Shown: one piece after another, positions 25,586 through 39,215 of the stretch
Numbering within the stretch: the first letter of the stretch is position 1
How the letters are laid out: each line of letters begins with the position of its first letter
Assembly: GCF_963921235.1 (NCBI RefSeq)
Contig: NC_086098.1
Location: 4,216,001-4,280,000, forward strand
Direction: 5' to 3'
DNA from: Mobula hypostoma
Lineage: Eukaryota
DNA length: 64,000 bases
Notes under the pieces: generated by a model
What the model was told of the DNA's origin: nothing
The model's database searches: none
The model's input: only the letters and a program-made list of their open reading frames with translations
Program-made: the position numbers and the translations under genes

Positions 25586-26172
25586 AATCTGCTCCACCAT
25601 TCAGTCATGACTGATTTATTTTCCCTCTCATTCTCCTGCCTCCTCTTCATAACTTTTGACATCCTGACTAATCAAGGGCCTATCAGCCTCCGCTTTAAAT
25701 ACACTCGATAAGTTGGCCTCCACAGCCGTCTGTGGCAATGAATTCCAGAGATCCGTCACCCTTTACCTAAAGAAATTCCTCATCATCTGTGTTTTAAATG
25801 GATGTCCCTTGTTCTGAGGCTCTGATCTGCTCCTGGTATCTCCTGCAACTGAAAACATCCTCTGCATGACCAGTCTGTCTAGGCCTTTCAATATTCACTT
25901 GGTTTCCTCATTCATCTAAACTCCAGCAAATTCACGCCCAAAGTCATCAAATGCTTTACATACATTAACCCTTTCATCTTCCGATTCATTCCTGTAAACC
26001 AGCCTCTGTGCCCGCTGGTCCTGGACTCTCTCACTAAAGAAAACATCCTCTCCACGTTCACTCTATCTAGGCCTTCCAATATTCAAGAAGTTTCAATAAT
26101 ACCCCCTCCCAGCCCTTCTAAACTACAATGAGTACTGGCCCAGAGCCGCCAAAAGCTCTTCACTTCATTCCC
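25586..26172 (-). mobile_element. CR1 3' fragments (two, tandem)
   Basis: ttggcctccacagcc...aattcctc...tctaggcctttcaatattc, twice. Confidence 0.75.
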
Positions 26173-26345
26173 GGGGTCTCTTACCGATAAAAGAACAGAT
26201 TTGATGTAAACAGTGAAATAACCTGCACACTCAAGGATCAGACAAGAATACCCACAAACTTCATCACATTAACCTACAGGAAAATGAAACACTTCTACAA
26301 GGAGCAGGCTTCAGGTATTGAAACACACCTTGGCTTTTGCCCTAC

Positions 26346-26561
26346 CTGCCATATCTTTTCCTCACTCAGGGATGTCAGGTGATCACTCTTTAAAACTTCT
26401 CGAAGCAGCCTATAAGGGAGAGCCATGACCTTATCTGGGTGGTTCTTCAACAGTTCGGAAAGGTGTTTGACCAGGAAATTCACCACAGCTTCCTCCAACA
26501 GTGTGAGGTTAAATAGGTCAGCAAGTTTATATAAATCCAGATAATTAAAACTGGTCAGCTC
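26346..26561 (-). CDS. KLHL32: Kelch-like protein 32, next coding exon (BACK domain; 216 nt, phase 0/0)
   Basis: Translates ELTSFNYLDLYKLADLFNLTLLEEAVVNFLVKHLSELLK...LKSDHLTSLSEEKIWQ and continues the 48935-49033 exon in frame. Polypyrimidine acceptor ttttcccAG, donor CAG|GTAGG. Flanking exons were not found in the window. Confidence 0.94.
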
Positions 26562-26883
26562 CTGGGAAAACAAAAAGAAAATGGCACTCCTGTCACTCAA
26601 ATTAACAGAGTGTGCAAGGTAATACAATTTCACAATTATCTATTTCATATTATTACCTGCTAGTACTCCAGTAATTACATTACGAAGTGCCTAATGGCAT
26701 TGGAAAATGTCACGACAGAGAGAAAGTGAGTCTTTGGATATGGGAGCTACCCCAGACAAACTTCATGTGAGCCCATACAAAGAAACAGATTGCAGCCTCT
26801 GGGTCACTGTTGTATGATTCGATGGAGTCTTTTTTTATTTAGAGAAACAAATGTAGTATCACAAAGACAAGAATATCTGTAGA

Positions 26884-27235
26884 TAAGACCATAAGACCAC
26901 GAGATATAGGAACAGAATTGAGGCCATCTGGCTTATCGAGTCTGCTCCACCATTTTGTCATGGCTGATCCAATTTTCCTCTCAGTCCCAATCTCCTGTTG
27001 TCTCCCATATCCCTTCATGCCCTGACCAATCAAGAATCTATCAACCTCTGCCTTAAATATACATAAAGACAGCTGCCTGTGGCAAAGAATTCCCAGAATC
27101 ACCACTCTCTGGCTAAGGAAATTCCTCCTCATCTCCATTCTAAAAGGACATCCCTCTATTCTGAGGCTGTGTCCTCTGGCCTGAGACTCCCTTGCCTTAG
27201 GAAACATCCCCTCCACCTCCACTCTGTCAACACCT
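26884..27235 (-). mobile_element. CR1 3' fragment, followed by a Penelope pseudo-LTR piece (27236-27352, minus)
   Basis: RRNFLSQRVV; taagaccataagacc tail. Confidence 0.85.
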
Positions 27236-27364
27236 ATGCAGATGCTGGAAAGCCATAGCAACACACAAAATGCTGGAGGAAATCAGCAGACCAGCCAGCA
27301 TCTGTGGAGAGGAATAAAGAGTCAACATTTCAGGCTGAGTCCCTTCATCAAGCCAGGTGCTTTG

Positions 27365-28450
27365 AGATCCAGCTCCTTAGAGACCGCGTTAGGAAACTGA
27401 AGCTGCAGCTGATGACTTTCAGCTTGCTCCAGAAAGTGAATCAGTGATAGACAGGAGCTACAGGGAGGTAGTGACCCCGAGGCTACAGGAGACAGATAAA
27501 TAGGTGACTGTCAGGAGAGGGAAGGGAGAATGTCAGATAGTGGAGAGCACCCCTGTGGTCAATCCCCCTCAACAATAAGTACCCCATTTTGAGTACTGTT
27601 GCGGGGGGAAGCAACAATGGCCGTGCCTCTGGCGCCGAGTCTGACCCTGTGGCTCAGAAGGGTAGGGAAAGGAAGAGGCTGGCAGCAGTGATAGGGGACT
27701 GTATAGTCAGAGGGACAGATAGGCAATTATGTGGATATGAAAAGGAAACATGGGCGGTAGTTTGCCACTCAGGTGCCAGGGTCCGAGATGTTTCTGGACA
27801 CATCCACAACATCCTGAAAAATGAGGGTGAGCAGAAGAAGTTGTAGTACATTTTGGTACCAATGACATAGGAAAAAAAAGGGACGAGGTCCTGAAAAAAC
27901 AATATAGGGAATTAGGAAGGAAGCTGAGAAGCAGGACCTCAAGGGTAGTAATATGGGGATTACTGCCTGGGTCATGCAACAGTAAGGATAGGAATAGAAT
28001 GAGGAGCCAGATAAATGCGTGGCTGAAGAATTGGAGCAAGGGACAGTGATTCAGAGCTGTGCGAGTGGTTTAAACTAATATGACAGGGGAATGGGAACCA
28101 ATATGATAGAGCAGAAGATGAGCCAGCTGCTTTACAAGTAGATGATGGATGTAACAGGATGTAAGGAAGGACATACATATGAACTTAATGGGTAATTTGC
28201 ATCCGTCTTCACTGTGGAAGGTATTAGCAGCTTGCCAAAGGCCCGTGAGTGCCAGGGAGCCATTACTATTAAAAAGGAAAAAGAGTTGGGCAAACCCAAA
28301 GTTAGATAGGTTACCTGGTCCAGATGGACCACATCCCAGAGACCTGAGAGGGTTGTTGAAGAGATATCAGATGCTTTGGTCATGATCTTTCAAGAATCGT
28401 TTGATTCTGGCATGGTCCTGGTGGACTGGAAAATTGCAAATGTCTTTCCT
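27365..28450 (+). mobile_element. Internally deleted CR1 (ORF1 esterase and ORF2 pieces)
   Basis: AAVIGDCIVRGTD, tttggtaccaatgac, PGPDGPHP. Confidence 0.82.
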
Positions 28451-29584
28451 GTATGTTAGCAACCAGAACTGTACACGATACTCTAAATTAGACCTCATCG
28501 ATGTCTTACGGAATTTTTGAACCTGGCTTTATCAATCTGAGGTCCGGTTCAAAAACAAAATATCACTGGAAGGAAAGTAGACTGATCTGCAATAATGCAG
28601 AAGATGAATAAAAACATTTCTTTCAGTACAACTGGAATGTATGTGAAATTCTACCTCAATATGCATGACTGAAGTCTGGATTTCCTTCACAAAGGGTAAC
28701 TTCAGAATAAAGCCCTGATTCCTTCAATAAAATTCAAACAAATCTGAATTTCAGATCTATTGGCAGGAAATGAACATTGCATTCATTTGCCTGTCAAGGA
28801 TACAAGGCAGAGGTCTAACCTGCTTGCAGATAGCAGTCTTAATAATCCATCCACATAGCAAAGATTTTGCAAACACTTACAGGATAAACTTTGCATTTTA
28901 TCATTGAAGATATTATGATAATATGCCAAGTAGGCCAGATAACTGCCCAACCTCACCTGGAAGGTGCTGCTTGGATGTTTGTTATTACTTCAAAGCTTTC
29001 TCTCTCTCTGTCTCTAAATGAGGACAAAATGAGAAACCCAATCTGCTTGAATTAAATAAAACAAAATGTACCATAGAGTCAGACAGTGGCTGAGGAACAG
29101 ACAGCCAGCTGGTGAGATAAAACAAGGCTTTAGTAATGAGAAATGCAGGGTCCTGATCAGCAACCCACTGAATGCTGAAAAGGTCAAACGGGAACCGAGA
29201 CAGTTTTGATCTTGAGAGTTGTGATCATGTTTTTCAAACTGCAGATTACTGAAATACAAAAAAAAATTTCTTTAATATCGACTTTACACCGTGTAGTGAA
29301 ATGAAGCAAAAAGCGTTGCCACTTGTGGAAAGTCGGGCAGACTCTATCAAACCGATCCTCTGTAGCTGACACTAAACTGATGTTTAACTCGCAGATAACG
29401 TGGTAGGAACAAATCTGCAGGGCCCAGGGATCATCTTCATTCGATATGAGCGTTTATATGTATTAGGAATTCACTACGCTGTGTTGGAGACAGGCAACAA
29501 AAAATGACATTCAACACTTATAAGGAATAAACAAATACATAAAAGTTAAGTTAGAGGGTAAAGTCTAGATATAGAGTCATAGAA

Positions 29585-29865
29585 AATGCAGACAAGTGTG
29601 AAGTGTAGCACCTTGGTAGCACCAGCCAGGGTGGGTCTTACACAGTGACAGTAGGGCCCTGAGGAGTGTGGTGGAAGAAAGGGATCTGGGAATACAGGTC
29701 CATAATTCATAGAAAGTGGTGGCACATGTAGATAGGGTCATAAAGAAATCTTTTGGCACACTGGCCTTCATAAATCAATGTATTGAGTACAGGAGTTGGT
29801 ATGTTATGCAGAAGTGTAAGACATTAGCGAGGCCCAATTTGGAGTATCGTGTGCAATTTTGCCTC
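29585..29865 (+). mobile_element. CR1 RT fragment, followed by Rex1-type 3' UTR pieces
   Basis: KKSFGTLAFINQCIEYRSW...RPNLEY. Confidence 0.75.
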
Positions 29866-30225
29866 TTGATTTATTATTATTTTTTCCATTTGAATTTTAT
29901 CTTTTGCACATTGGTTGCTCGCTCATCTTTGTTCTGTGCAGCTTTTCACTGATTCCATTTATTGTTTATATATTTTCCTTTTCTATTTGCATAGTTTGTT
30001 GTCTTTTTCCGATGGGTTGTTTGTCCGTTCTGTTGGCTGTGGTCTTCCACTGATTCTGTTGTGTTTCTTACTATTTATTGTGAATGCCCACGAGAAAATT
30101 GATCTTAGAGTAGCATATGGTGACATAAATATACTTTGATAAGAAACATACTTCGAACTTGGAACTACACATGGTTATTTCCAACCCTGTTCAGGCTCAA
30201 TTCTGATAACAGAAACAAGGCACTC

Positions 30226-30600
30226 AGACCATAAGACACAGGAGCAGAATTAGGCCATTTGCCCTTCTGCGTCTGCTCTGTCATTCCATCATGGTTGATT
30301 TATGATCCCACTCAAACCCTCTCCCTATAATTTTTGCAACCCTGACGAATCAAGAATCTATCAAACTCTGCTTTTAATATATCCAATGACTTGGCCTTCA
30401 AAGCCGTCTGTGGCAATGAATTCCACAAATTCACCATCCTCTAGCTAAAGAAATTCCTCCTTACTTCTGTTCTAAGGGAATGTCCTTGTATTCTGAGGCT
30501 ATGCCCTCTGGCCCTCCCACCTACTATAGGAAGCATACTCTCCACATCCACTCTATCTAGGCCTTTGCATAGATTTCAATGAGCTTTCCACTCATTCAAT
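30226..30600 (-). mobile_element. CR1 3' fragment
   Basis: gaccataagacacaggagcagaattaggcc 3' UTR. Confidence 0.8.
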
Positions 30601-30857
30601 AGAGTGATTGAATGTTCCAAGCATGTAGTCATCAGAGGCTATTTGAGACACACGGCATTGGGAGCACTTAATAGGTAGTGGGAGCTTATCCCTAACCCCC
30701 TCCCACCCTCGGCTATAACAACCTTAAGGAATCTTAATTATCTCGTATCTTAACAATAACTAGTATTTTATAATGAGTGACAAGGCAGGCAATGTAATCA
30801 TTATCAACATCCATAGTCAACTCCGATCAAAGAGGGCCTCAATGTTGAGATACTTTT

Positions 30858-31460
30858 CTTAGATTATGAGAACACTCAGTCCTCTTTTATTGTCATTTAG
30901 AAATGCATACATGCATTAAGAAATGATACAATGTTTCTCCGGAGTGATATCACAGAAAACAGGACAAACCAAAGACTAACACTGGCAGAACCACATAATT
31001 ATAACATATAGTTACAGCAGTGCAAAGCAATACTGTAATTTGATGAAGAGCAAACCATGGGCACAGTAAAAAAAAGTCTCAAAGTGCCAAGTCGATCGAC
31101 TCCCAACTCCCCGATAGCAGGCGGCAAAAGGGAGAAACTCCCTGCCATAAACTTCCAGGCACCGTCAACTTGCCGATGCCTTGGAAGCAGCCGACCACAG
31201 CTGACACTGAGTCCGTTTGTCCAAAAACTTCGAGCTTCCAACCAGCCTCGCCGATACAGCCTCCCGAGCGCCATCCTCTGCTGAGCACCTTTGACCTCTC
31301 CCCGGCCGCTGAAACACGCAAAGCCGAGGATTTTGGGGCCTTCAGCTCCGCAGATTCCGGTTACCACACAGTAGCAGCGGCAGCTAAGTGGGCATTTCAA
31401 AAGTTTTCCAGATGTTCCTCCGTGCTCTCACGTCTGTCTCCATCAAATCAGAACTATGCA
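30858..31460 (-). mobile_element. Non-autonomous short retroelement, copy 2 (5'-truncated, diverged subfamily)
   Basis: Shares ctgatttgatggagacagacgtgag and the aatgacaataaaagaggactg...cataatctaa tail with copies 1 and 3. Confidence 0.85.
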
Positions 31461-31984
31461 CTTTGTGATGGACTTTAATTGTGTCGCCAATAAGCAGGTA
31501 ATTAGAACGTGATCATGTCTGAAACAACACACATAACAATGTACTTCTCAATATCTCCAGTACGCTTGTCCCCTTTCTCCCGATGTAATGACTGCATCTC
31601 TAGGATGTTTAATTGCTCTGCAGTTTCAGAATGAGAATTGTTATCACTGGCACATGATGTAATTTGTGTTGTTTTGCCATGGTAGTACAATGCAAGTCAT
31701 AAAAATGTACTGGAAGTTGCAACAGTAAATAAATCGTGCAAATGAAATCTGACAAGAGACCACCTCTGCAGTGAAACTATCTAGAAGATACCTCCTTTCA
31801 TATCCAAGTGAAAATGTTGTAAAGAAGCGATTTAAAGGGGAAAAGGAGCACAGTATGCCCAGACAAGATGTGGCTTTCAAGGGGGCCACCGTGTATAAAG
31901 CTCACAAGGCATGCAAGGAAAGTGTATTGCCAGTAACTCTCTGCAACACCTTGGGTTAAAAGATATTACAAAGAAGAATGATAA

Positions 31985-32385
31985 AATTAACTTTATTTGT
32001 CACACGTACATCGAAACACAATGAAGCATGTTGTTTGTGTCAGATCAAATCAGTAAGAATGTGTTGGAGGCAGCCTGCAAGTGTTGCCACACTTCCAACA
32101 CCAACATAGCAAGTCAACCATTTACTAACCATAACTGTACGTCTTTGGAGTCTGGGAGGAAACGGAAGCGCCTGGAGGAACCCAGACAGACACGTGTAGA
32201 ATATAGAAATCCCTTACAGGCAGCAGTGGGAATCGAACGCTGATCTGTAATCACTGGTGCTGGAAATCGTGCAAACCACCACACTACTCCACTGCCCTTC
32301 GTCCTTACAGACAGTAATGGGAATCAAACCCTGATCGGTGATCACTGGTGCTGGAAATTGTCGTGCTAACTGTTACACTCTGCCA
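31985..32385 (-). mobile_element. tRNA-derived SINE with duplicated head and Rex1-type tail
   Basis: B-box-like gttcgattcc/gtttgattcc twice; V-domain-like gtttcctccc; tail gtgacaaataaag. Confidence 0.6.
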
Positions 32386-32424
32386 TCAACGCTGCCTTCA
32401 ACCATGTCTCCTCCATTTCACTGT

Positions 32425-33096
32425 ATATCGGAATGACCCAATGTGGATTGGAAGTCCACTTCGCCAAGCACCTACGCTCTGTACGCCAAAAAAGCAGGAT
32501 ATCCCAGTAGCCACCCATTTTAATTCCACTTCCCATTCCCATTCTAACATGTCAATCCACGGCCTCCTCTACTGTCAGGATGAGGCCACGCTCAGGTTGG
32601 AGGAACAACATCTTATATTCCGTCAGAGTAGCCTTGAACCTGATGGCATGAGCATTGATTTCTTGAGCTTCTGGTAGTTGCCCCCCTTCTCCTTCACCAT
32701 TCCCCACCCCTTTTCCTTCTCTCACCTCATCTCCTTGTCTGTCCATCGCCTCCCTCTGGTACTCCTCCCCCCCCCCCTTTTCTCTCTTCCATGACCTTCT
32801 GTCCTCTCTTATCAGACTCCCTCCTTCTCCAGCTCTGTATCTCTTTCACCAGTCAAACTCTCTACTTCACCCCTCCCCCTCCTGGTTTCACCTATCACCT
32901 TGTGTTTCTCCCTCCCTCCTCCCCCCACCTTTTAACTCTACTCCTCAGTTTTTTTTCTCCAGTCCTGCTGAAGGGTCTCAGCCCGAAATGTTGATTGTTC
33001 TCTTTTCCACAGATGCTGCCTGACCCTGCTGAGTTCCTCCAGCATTTCGTGTGTGTTGTTTAGATTTCCAGCATCGGCAGATCTTCTCTTGTTTGT
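32425..33096 (+). mobile_element. Penelope-like element 3' part (GIY-YIG C-terminus plus pseudo-LTR)
   Basis: IPVATHFNSTSHSHSNMSIHGLLYCQDEATLRLEEQHLIFR; mutated hammerhead at 32961-32996 (CTGCTGA). Confidence 0.9.
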
Positions 33097-33464
33097 GACT
33101 GGATTACAATGTAGCACCTTGGTTTTATAACGTCGTGTCACAGAGCAATGGACCACAAATACAGAACACCCACACGACTCCCATTAGTACCTGCTAAGTA
33201 CCTTCATCGTCATGCATATCTGCCTGGCCATTCCTGAATACCACCCAACTCTGGTTTTGAATTTGTAACAGAAAAAACTAAAACGTCAGAGGAATCCTGA
33301 TATGATGAATCAACAATTAATTATTTTCAGAAAGGGTTATATTCATTTCAAATTATTGGTTATAATACCGTTATACCATTGTACATTGCATGCTATAGGC
33401 TCCATCCATCTGGATGTCTATGCTGGATAAACACACTTCCATCGTGTCAATAACACGGCCAACA

Positions 33465-34040
33465 GAACACAGAACGTTACAGCACAGTTCAGACATTTCA
33501 GCCAACAATGTTGTGCCAGACTCATTACCTACTCCAAGATCAATCCAACCCTTCCCCTCCACATTTTTCATTTCCTCCCTGTGCCTATCTAAGAGTTTCT
33601 TAAGCGTCCCTAATGTATCTGCCTCTACCATCACCCCTGGTGGCGTATTCCACACACCCACCACTCTCTGTGTAAAACACCTAAATCTGATATTTCTCCC
33701 TATAATTCCCTCCAATCACTTTAACATTATACGCTTGCATATCAGCCATTCCCACCTGGGAAAAAAGTCTCTGGCTGGCCACTCGATCTATGTCTCTAAT
33801 CATCTTACACACCTCTCTCAAATCATCTCTCATCCTCTTTCCCCAAAGAGAAAAAACCCTAGCTTATTCAGTCTTTCCTCACTAATCCTGACAGCATCCT
33901 GGTAAATCTCCCCTGCACCCTCTCTAAAGCTTCCACATCATTCCTATAATGAGGCAACCAGAACTGAACACAGTTGTGGTCGAACCAGAGTTTTACAGAG
34001 CTGCAATGTTTTACCTCACAACTCTTGAACTCAATACTCC
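33465..34040 (-). mobile_element. CR1 3' fragment
   Basis: FTQRVVGVWN; agaacacagaac tail. Confidence 0.8.
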
Positions 34041-34659
34041 GATCCTTTGGAAAGTTGGAAAAGGTTCCTGTTGAGGAACAAGAATGAACAAGATGTTTCT
34101 ATTTATTGTCCTGGTCTCATGATCAGAAACCTTACCAGACATTACATATGTGAAACAACAAAAAGCTGGAGAAACTCAGCAGGTCGAGCAGCAGTTATGG
34201 CGGCAATGAGATTGTTGATGTGTTAAGTCAAGCCCCTGCCTCAGGACTGGAAGTGGAGATGGGAAATGGCTAATAATAGGGAGAAGGGGAGCAATAGGGC
34301 AAGGGGCAATATATCACTTACCAGCAGCAGACACTTCCTGTCACAATCCACTGCTACAGTTCAAAGTAAAATGTATTTTCAAGATACAGATATGTTAACA
34401 TATGCTATCCTGAGATTCATTTTCTGGCAGGCAATAACAGGAAAATAAAGAAATACCATGATATTTAAAAGGAACTATACATAAACAAAGACTAACAAAC
34501 AAGAATAGACCGAGAACATGAGGTTAATAAGTCCTTGAAAACAAGTCCTCAGTCATAGAATCAGTTCAGAGTTAGTCACAGAGTCATAGAACACTACAGC
34601 AAGGAAACAGGCCCTTCAGCCCATCTAGTCCATGCCAAACTGTTATTCTGCCTAGCCTC

Positions 34660-35000
34660 TTCAATGTGGTGAGGTTGTTTCCTAATGTGAGGGAGTCCAG
34701 GACTAGAGTACATAGTGTCAGAATTGAAGGACACCCTTTTAGAACAGAGATGAGGGGGAATTCCTTTAGCCAGAGACTGGTGAATCTGTGGAATTCATTG
34801 GCACAGATAGCTGAACATGCCAAGTCAATGGGTATATTGAAAGCAGAGGTTGATAGGTTCTTGATTAGTCAGGGCATCAAGGGTTAAAGGGAGAAGGCAG
34901 GAGACTGCGGTTGAGAAGGATTATAAATCAGACATGATGGAATGGCAAAGCAGACTCAATGGGCTGAATGGCCTAACTCTGCTCCTATATCTTATGGTTT
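34660..35000 (+). mobile_element. CR1 3' fragment
   Basis: FRTEMRGNSFSQRLVNLWNSL; tcttatgg tail. Confidence 0.82.
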
Positions 35001-36742
35001 TATTAACAGACACACTGCACATTCGTGGTGAACAGGCAGAAGCTGGATCAAAACGATTTTGATCAACCACTTTTACTGTTCATTCATGGTGGAACAAGGA
35101 GAAAACATTTGGCAAGCTGGAAACCATAAATAATTTAAAGATCCATGCTGGGACATTGATTTTACCAACACTGAGATCTATACATTGATTTCCACGTGCT
35201 GCTCTTTTGAAGATGGATCATACCAATAAAGATCGCAGCATCTGTGCGTTGTGCACCGTAGTGCAAGATGCTGTTCCTGTTACCCCAGCGAACAGACCAT
35301 TTCCGAGTGTGGGACCCCATCATTATTCCGCACAGTTACATCAGCTGGTACACCTTGCATGGTCTATTCACTTGACTCCAGTCACTGACCTTCATTAGCA
35401 CGGTGCGTTTCGATGAGATTGCGGGGTTTTTTATGTCAATTTAAGTTTTAATTAAATCACAAATACAATACATTTCAAAGCTATTCAGAATCAGGTTTGT
35501 TATCACTGACATACAGTGTATCTGTACTTCTAACTTTATTTTGATATAATTCTTTCTTCTGTATGATTGTTGACTGCCGTTGTTTTCCATTGCACTCTGA
35601 CCAACACACTGCAGCAAATTCAAATTTTAAAGTAAGTTTATTGATTGTCTCTCTCTCTATATGCAATGCTGAGATTAACTTTCTTCAAAGATTAAAAAGA
35701 TTCAAAGTGTATTTCTCAAAGTATATATGTAGTATACAACCCTGAGATTTGTCTTCCCTCACCCATAGACAGTCACTAAACAAGAAAAACAAACAAAACC
35801 ATGGAATCTGTTCAAAGAAAAACATCAACCTCCCCACCTACAAAAAAAAAACAAAAGCACAGAACATAGAACACAAAATGAAAAGAGTCCAGGTGTATTC
35901 AGTTTGGCTCAGGTCGTTATCTGCAAGCTGTTGGTGGCCATTCTCAATAAATTCACAATAGAACAATAACCGTAACAGAATCGATGACAGACTCATCAAC
36001 ACAGGGGTGTTCAACCAACGTGCAAAAGACAACAAATTGTGCAAGTACAAAAAGAAAGAAATAATAATAAATAAACAATAAATATCAAGAATAAACATGA
36101 GATGCAAGGTTCTTGAAAGTGAGTCCATTGGTTGTGGGAACAGTTCAGTGATGGGGCGAGTGAAGTGACTGAGTTATCTCCTCTTACATGTATACGGTGA
36201 ATAACGTTGATCCTAGATCCTTGAAATGCGTTTTGTGGCAGTCGTACAGCGCAATGCATAAAAGACACGACAAAGTGAAATAAGTATGAGTTAGTGTTCA
36301 GAAGTCTGATAGTCAGGGGAAGAAACTGTTTTTTTAAATTTATTTCAAGATACAGCACAGAACAGATCCTTCCGACCCTACAAGCCACAGTGCCCAGCAA
36401 TCTCCCAATTTAACACAGGACAACTTACCATGACCAATTAACCTACCAACTGGGACATCTTTGGACTGTGCTCACTGCTATGTACAAAAAGTAAATTGTA
36501 GTGATGCTCTTATGTCTTGTACCGCACTACTGCTACAAGGCAACAAACGTCAATCTATGTAGCAGTAACAAACCCGATTTGGACAGTGGTGGGGGAGTAA
36601 GGAGGTATGTTTCTGAAGAGTTCTAGATTACGAGTGTAATCAAGCGGGCTTTTACACACAAATGCTTGAGGAACTCTGGAACACTCCCTCCCACCCCTCC
36701 ACACACAAAAGAGTTAGCACAGTGTTATTCACATTGTCAGGT

Positions 36743-36987
36743 TGGTGGCATGGTAGGGTGGTGATTAACACAATGCTTTACAGTGGGTTCAATTCCGGCT
36801 GCTGTCTATAAGGAGCTTGTACGTCCTCACTGGGTTTCCTCCCACAGCCCAAAGATGTACCAGTTGGTAGGTTAACTGGTCATTGTAAATTGAACTGTGG
36901 TTAAGCTTGTGTTAAATCGGGGAATGTTGGGTGGTGTGGCTTGAAGGGCAATGAGGGCCTATTCCATCCTGTATCTCAATAAATAAA
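36743..36987 (+). mobile_element. tRNA-derived HE1/V-SINE-like SINE with CR1-type tail
   Basis: ggttcaattcc B box, gtttcctcccacag core, gggcctattcc...tgtatctcaataaataaa tail. Confidence 0.72.
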
Positions 36988-37738
36988 AGGATGAGAAATT
37001 TTGTTAGGAGACAAAGAGATATAGAGAAAGGCAAGCAAGTGTTTGGTCAAGCAGACTTAGAGCCGAATGGTGGCTCCTGTTCCAAATACTTTAAAACACA
37101 TAAATATAACATTCTGGTTTGATTGAAGGGTTTTTACTGGTATGATTCAATATTAGCAATGCAGATCCCATTAAACCTACAAAAGTTAAACGCAGCATTT
37201 TGCAACCACCTTGCCCACTCATTTCAACCAGGCTGCACAAACAAATAGGGGAAAATCTTCAAGTCACAATTTACAGAAAGTCACGACCTACATTCCCTGG
37301 GATCCTGTAACATACAACGCCAACCTCCTGTAGCAAATAAAGTGGCCACTGAGTGAACACTCGTGGTCTTCTGCTGCTGTAACCCATCCATCTCCAGGTG
37401 TGATGTGCTGTGCATTCAGAGATGCTCTTCTGCACACCATTGTTGTAACGTGTGGTTACTGTTGCCTTCCTGTCAGCTTAGGTCCTTACGGACTCTTGAT
37501 CTGACAATCTACCTCGTTATGATCTTGCAGTTTATTGTTAATCTGATCTGCACTTTCTCTGTTGCTGTTTATCTCACTTATTGGGGGTTCAGTCTACTTG
37601 ACCTTTCTCTGTAGGACAAACCTACCATTCAGGAAATCACTTTTGTGAACATTAGCTGCTCTGAGTATGTCCCTACTCAGGTGGGGAGATCAGAGCTGTT
37701 TCTAACATGCCAAGAACAGTCTCACCAGGATTCTTATA

Positions 37739-38303
37739 TACTCAATTGCCACTTTATGAGCTACCTCCTGTACGTGATGAAATGGCCACATTAGTGTGCG
37801 TATGTTAGTTAAGCTTTGCTGCTGTAGCCCATCCACTTCAAGGTTCAACATGTTGTGCATTCAGAGATGCTCTTCTGCACACCACTGTTGTAACGTGTAT
37901 TTATTTGAGTTGCTGTCACCTTCCTGTCAGCTTGAACCAGTCTTGCTATTATCCTCTGATCTCTCTTATTAACAAGGCATTTTCGTCCACAGAACTGGGG
38001 CTCACTGAATGTTTATTGTTTTTTTTGCACCAATCTCTGTAAACTCTAGAGACTGCTATGCATGAAAATCCCAGAAGATCAGCAGTTTCTGAGATATTCA
38101 AACCAACCCAAATGGCACCAACAATCATCCCACGATCAAAGTCACTTGGATCATATTCCTTCCCCATTCTGATGTTTGGTCTGAACAACAACTGAACCCC
38201 TAGACCATGTCTGCATGCGTTTCTGCACTGAGTTGCTGCCACATGACTGGCTGATTAGATATTTGCACGTTACAGGTGTATCTAACAAAGACACAACAGA
38301 GTG
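37739..38303 (-). mobile_element. Internally deleted Tc1-like transposon (N-terminal HTH of transposase); partial second copy at ~37337-37480
   Basis: MGKEYDPSDFDRGMIVGAIWVGLNISETADLLGFSCIAVSRVYRDW; degenerate CACTCAGTGGCCACTTT-type ends flanked by TA. Confidence 0.85.
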
Positions 38304-39215
38304 TAGGGTGCTTAAACAGAATTGCTGCCATGAAACTGACCAATAGAAAAATAATTCAAGTGAAAACCTGTTTGTGAGAGTTTAATAAGGCAGTTATGTC
38401 ATTACCATCACAGAGTTATCAGGGCATTGCTTGCCGATGGGAAAATCCATGTAACCCACTGGTCACTAGGACAGCTTTGCATGCATTGCCTTCTTTGGTG
38501 ATGTTAAGTAGCTCCTGAGTGATACAGAGAAGTACAGCCACAGCACATCTTACAGCAAGTTCCTCTTTCAGATCACGTTTACCACATTAAAGTAATAAAC
38601 TAATTGTTCATAATAACAAATTAATGTCTGCAAATTAAAAATAAACTCATAATGGGTCAGAGTAATTTGCCATTACAATATCATTCCTGGACATGCTTCG
38701 TGTTTGATAAGATGTATTTAATTCAGATCTAATGACTGAAGTATGAAAGAAGGGAGATGAACCTGACCCACTTCTCCTTTGCAAGTCTGTCACCTTATTT
38801 GTAAAACCTAACTGTAATTTACATACAAATTATAACTAATGGTTAGTTTTACAAATGTGCAATGATAATTGATTTTGCCAGTAAACAGCATGAATGCCAA
38901 CTATATGGAAATAAATACTATCCATTTTAAGATATGAAATACAAAATTTTCACTGGTACAACAAAAATTGAAAGCAAGTTCTCCATACCCCTCCAACCTT
39001 TAAAGGAAACTTGTTTTAAGAAAGATTATCTCCAGACTTCTAACATTACATGGGTTCATACTGCCATCTACTGGTGTTTCATCTTTAAAGGAGGATATAA
39101 GATTTTAGTGTCTCAGCCTGAAATATTGACTCTTCATTCCTTTCCATACATAGATGCTGCCTGACCTGCTGCGTTCTTCCAGCGTTCTGCGTGCGCTACA
39201 TAAGATTTCAAGATA

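Noticed and set aside
26562..26633. N-terminal extension of the 112-aa ORF (MKLYY...FFLFSQ)
   Set aside because: Intron read-through; the polypyrimidine tract and AG define the true exon start at 26561.
30615..30735. CTGATGA on the minus strand as another hammerhead
   Set aside because: No downstream stem II or GAAA box; probably a fragment of an unclassified repeat.
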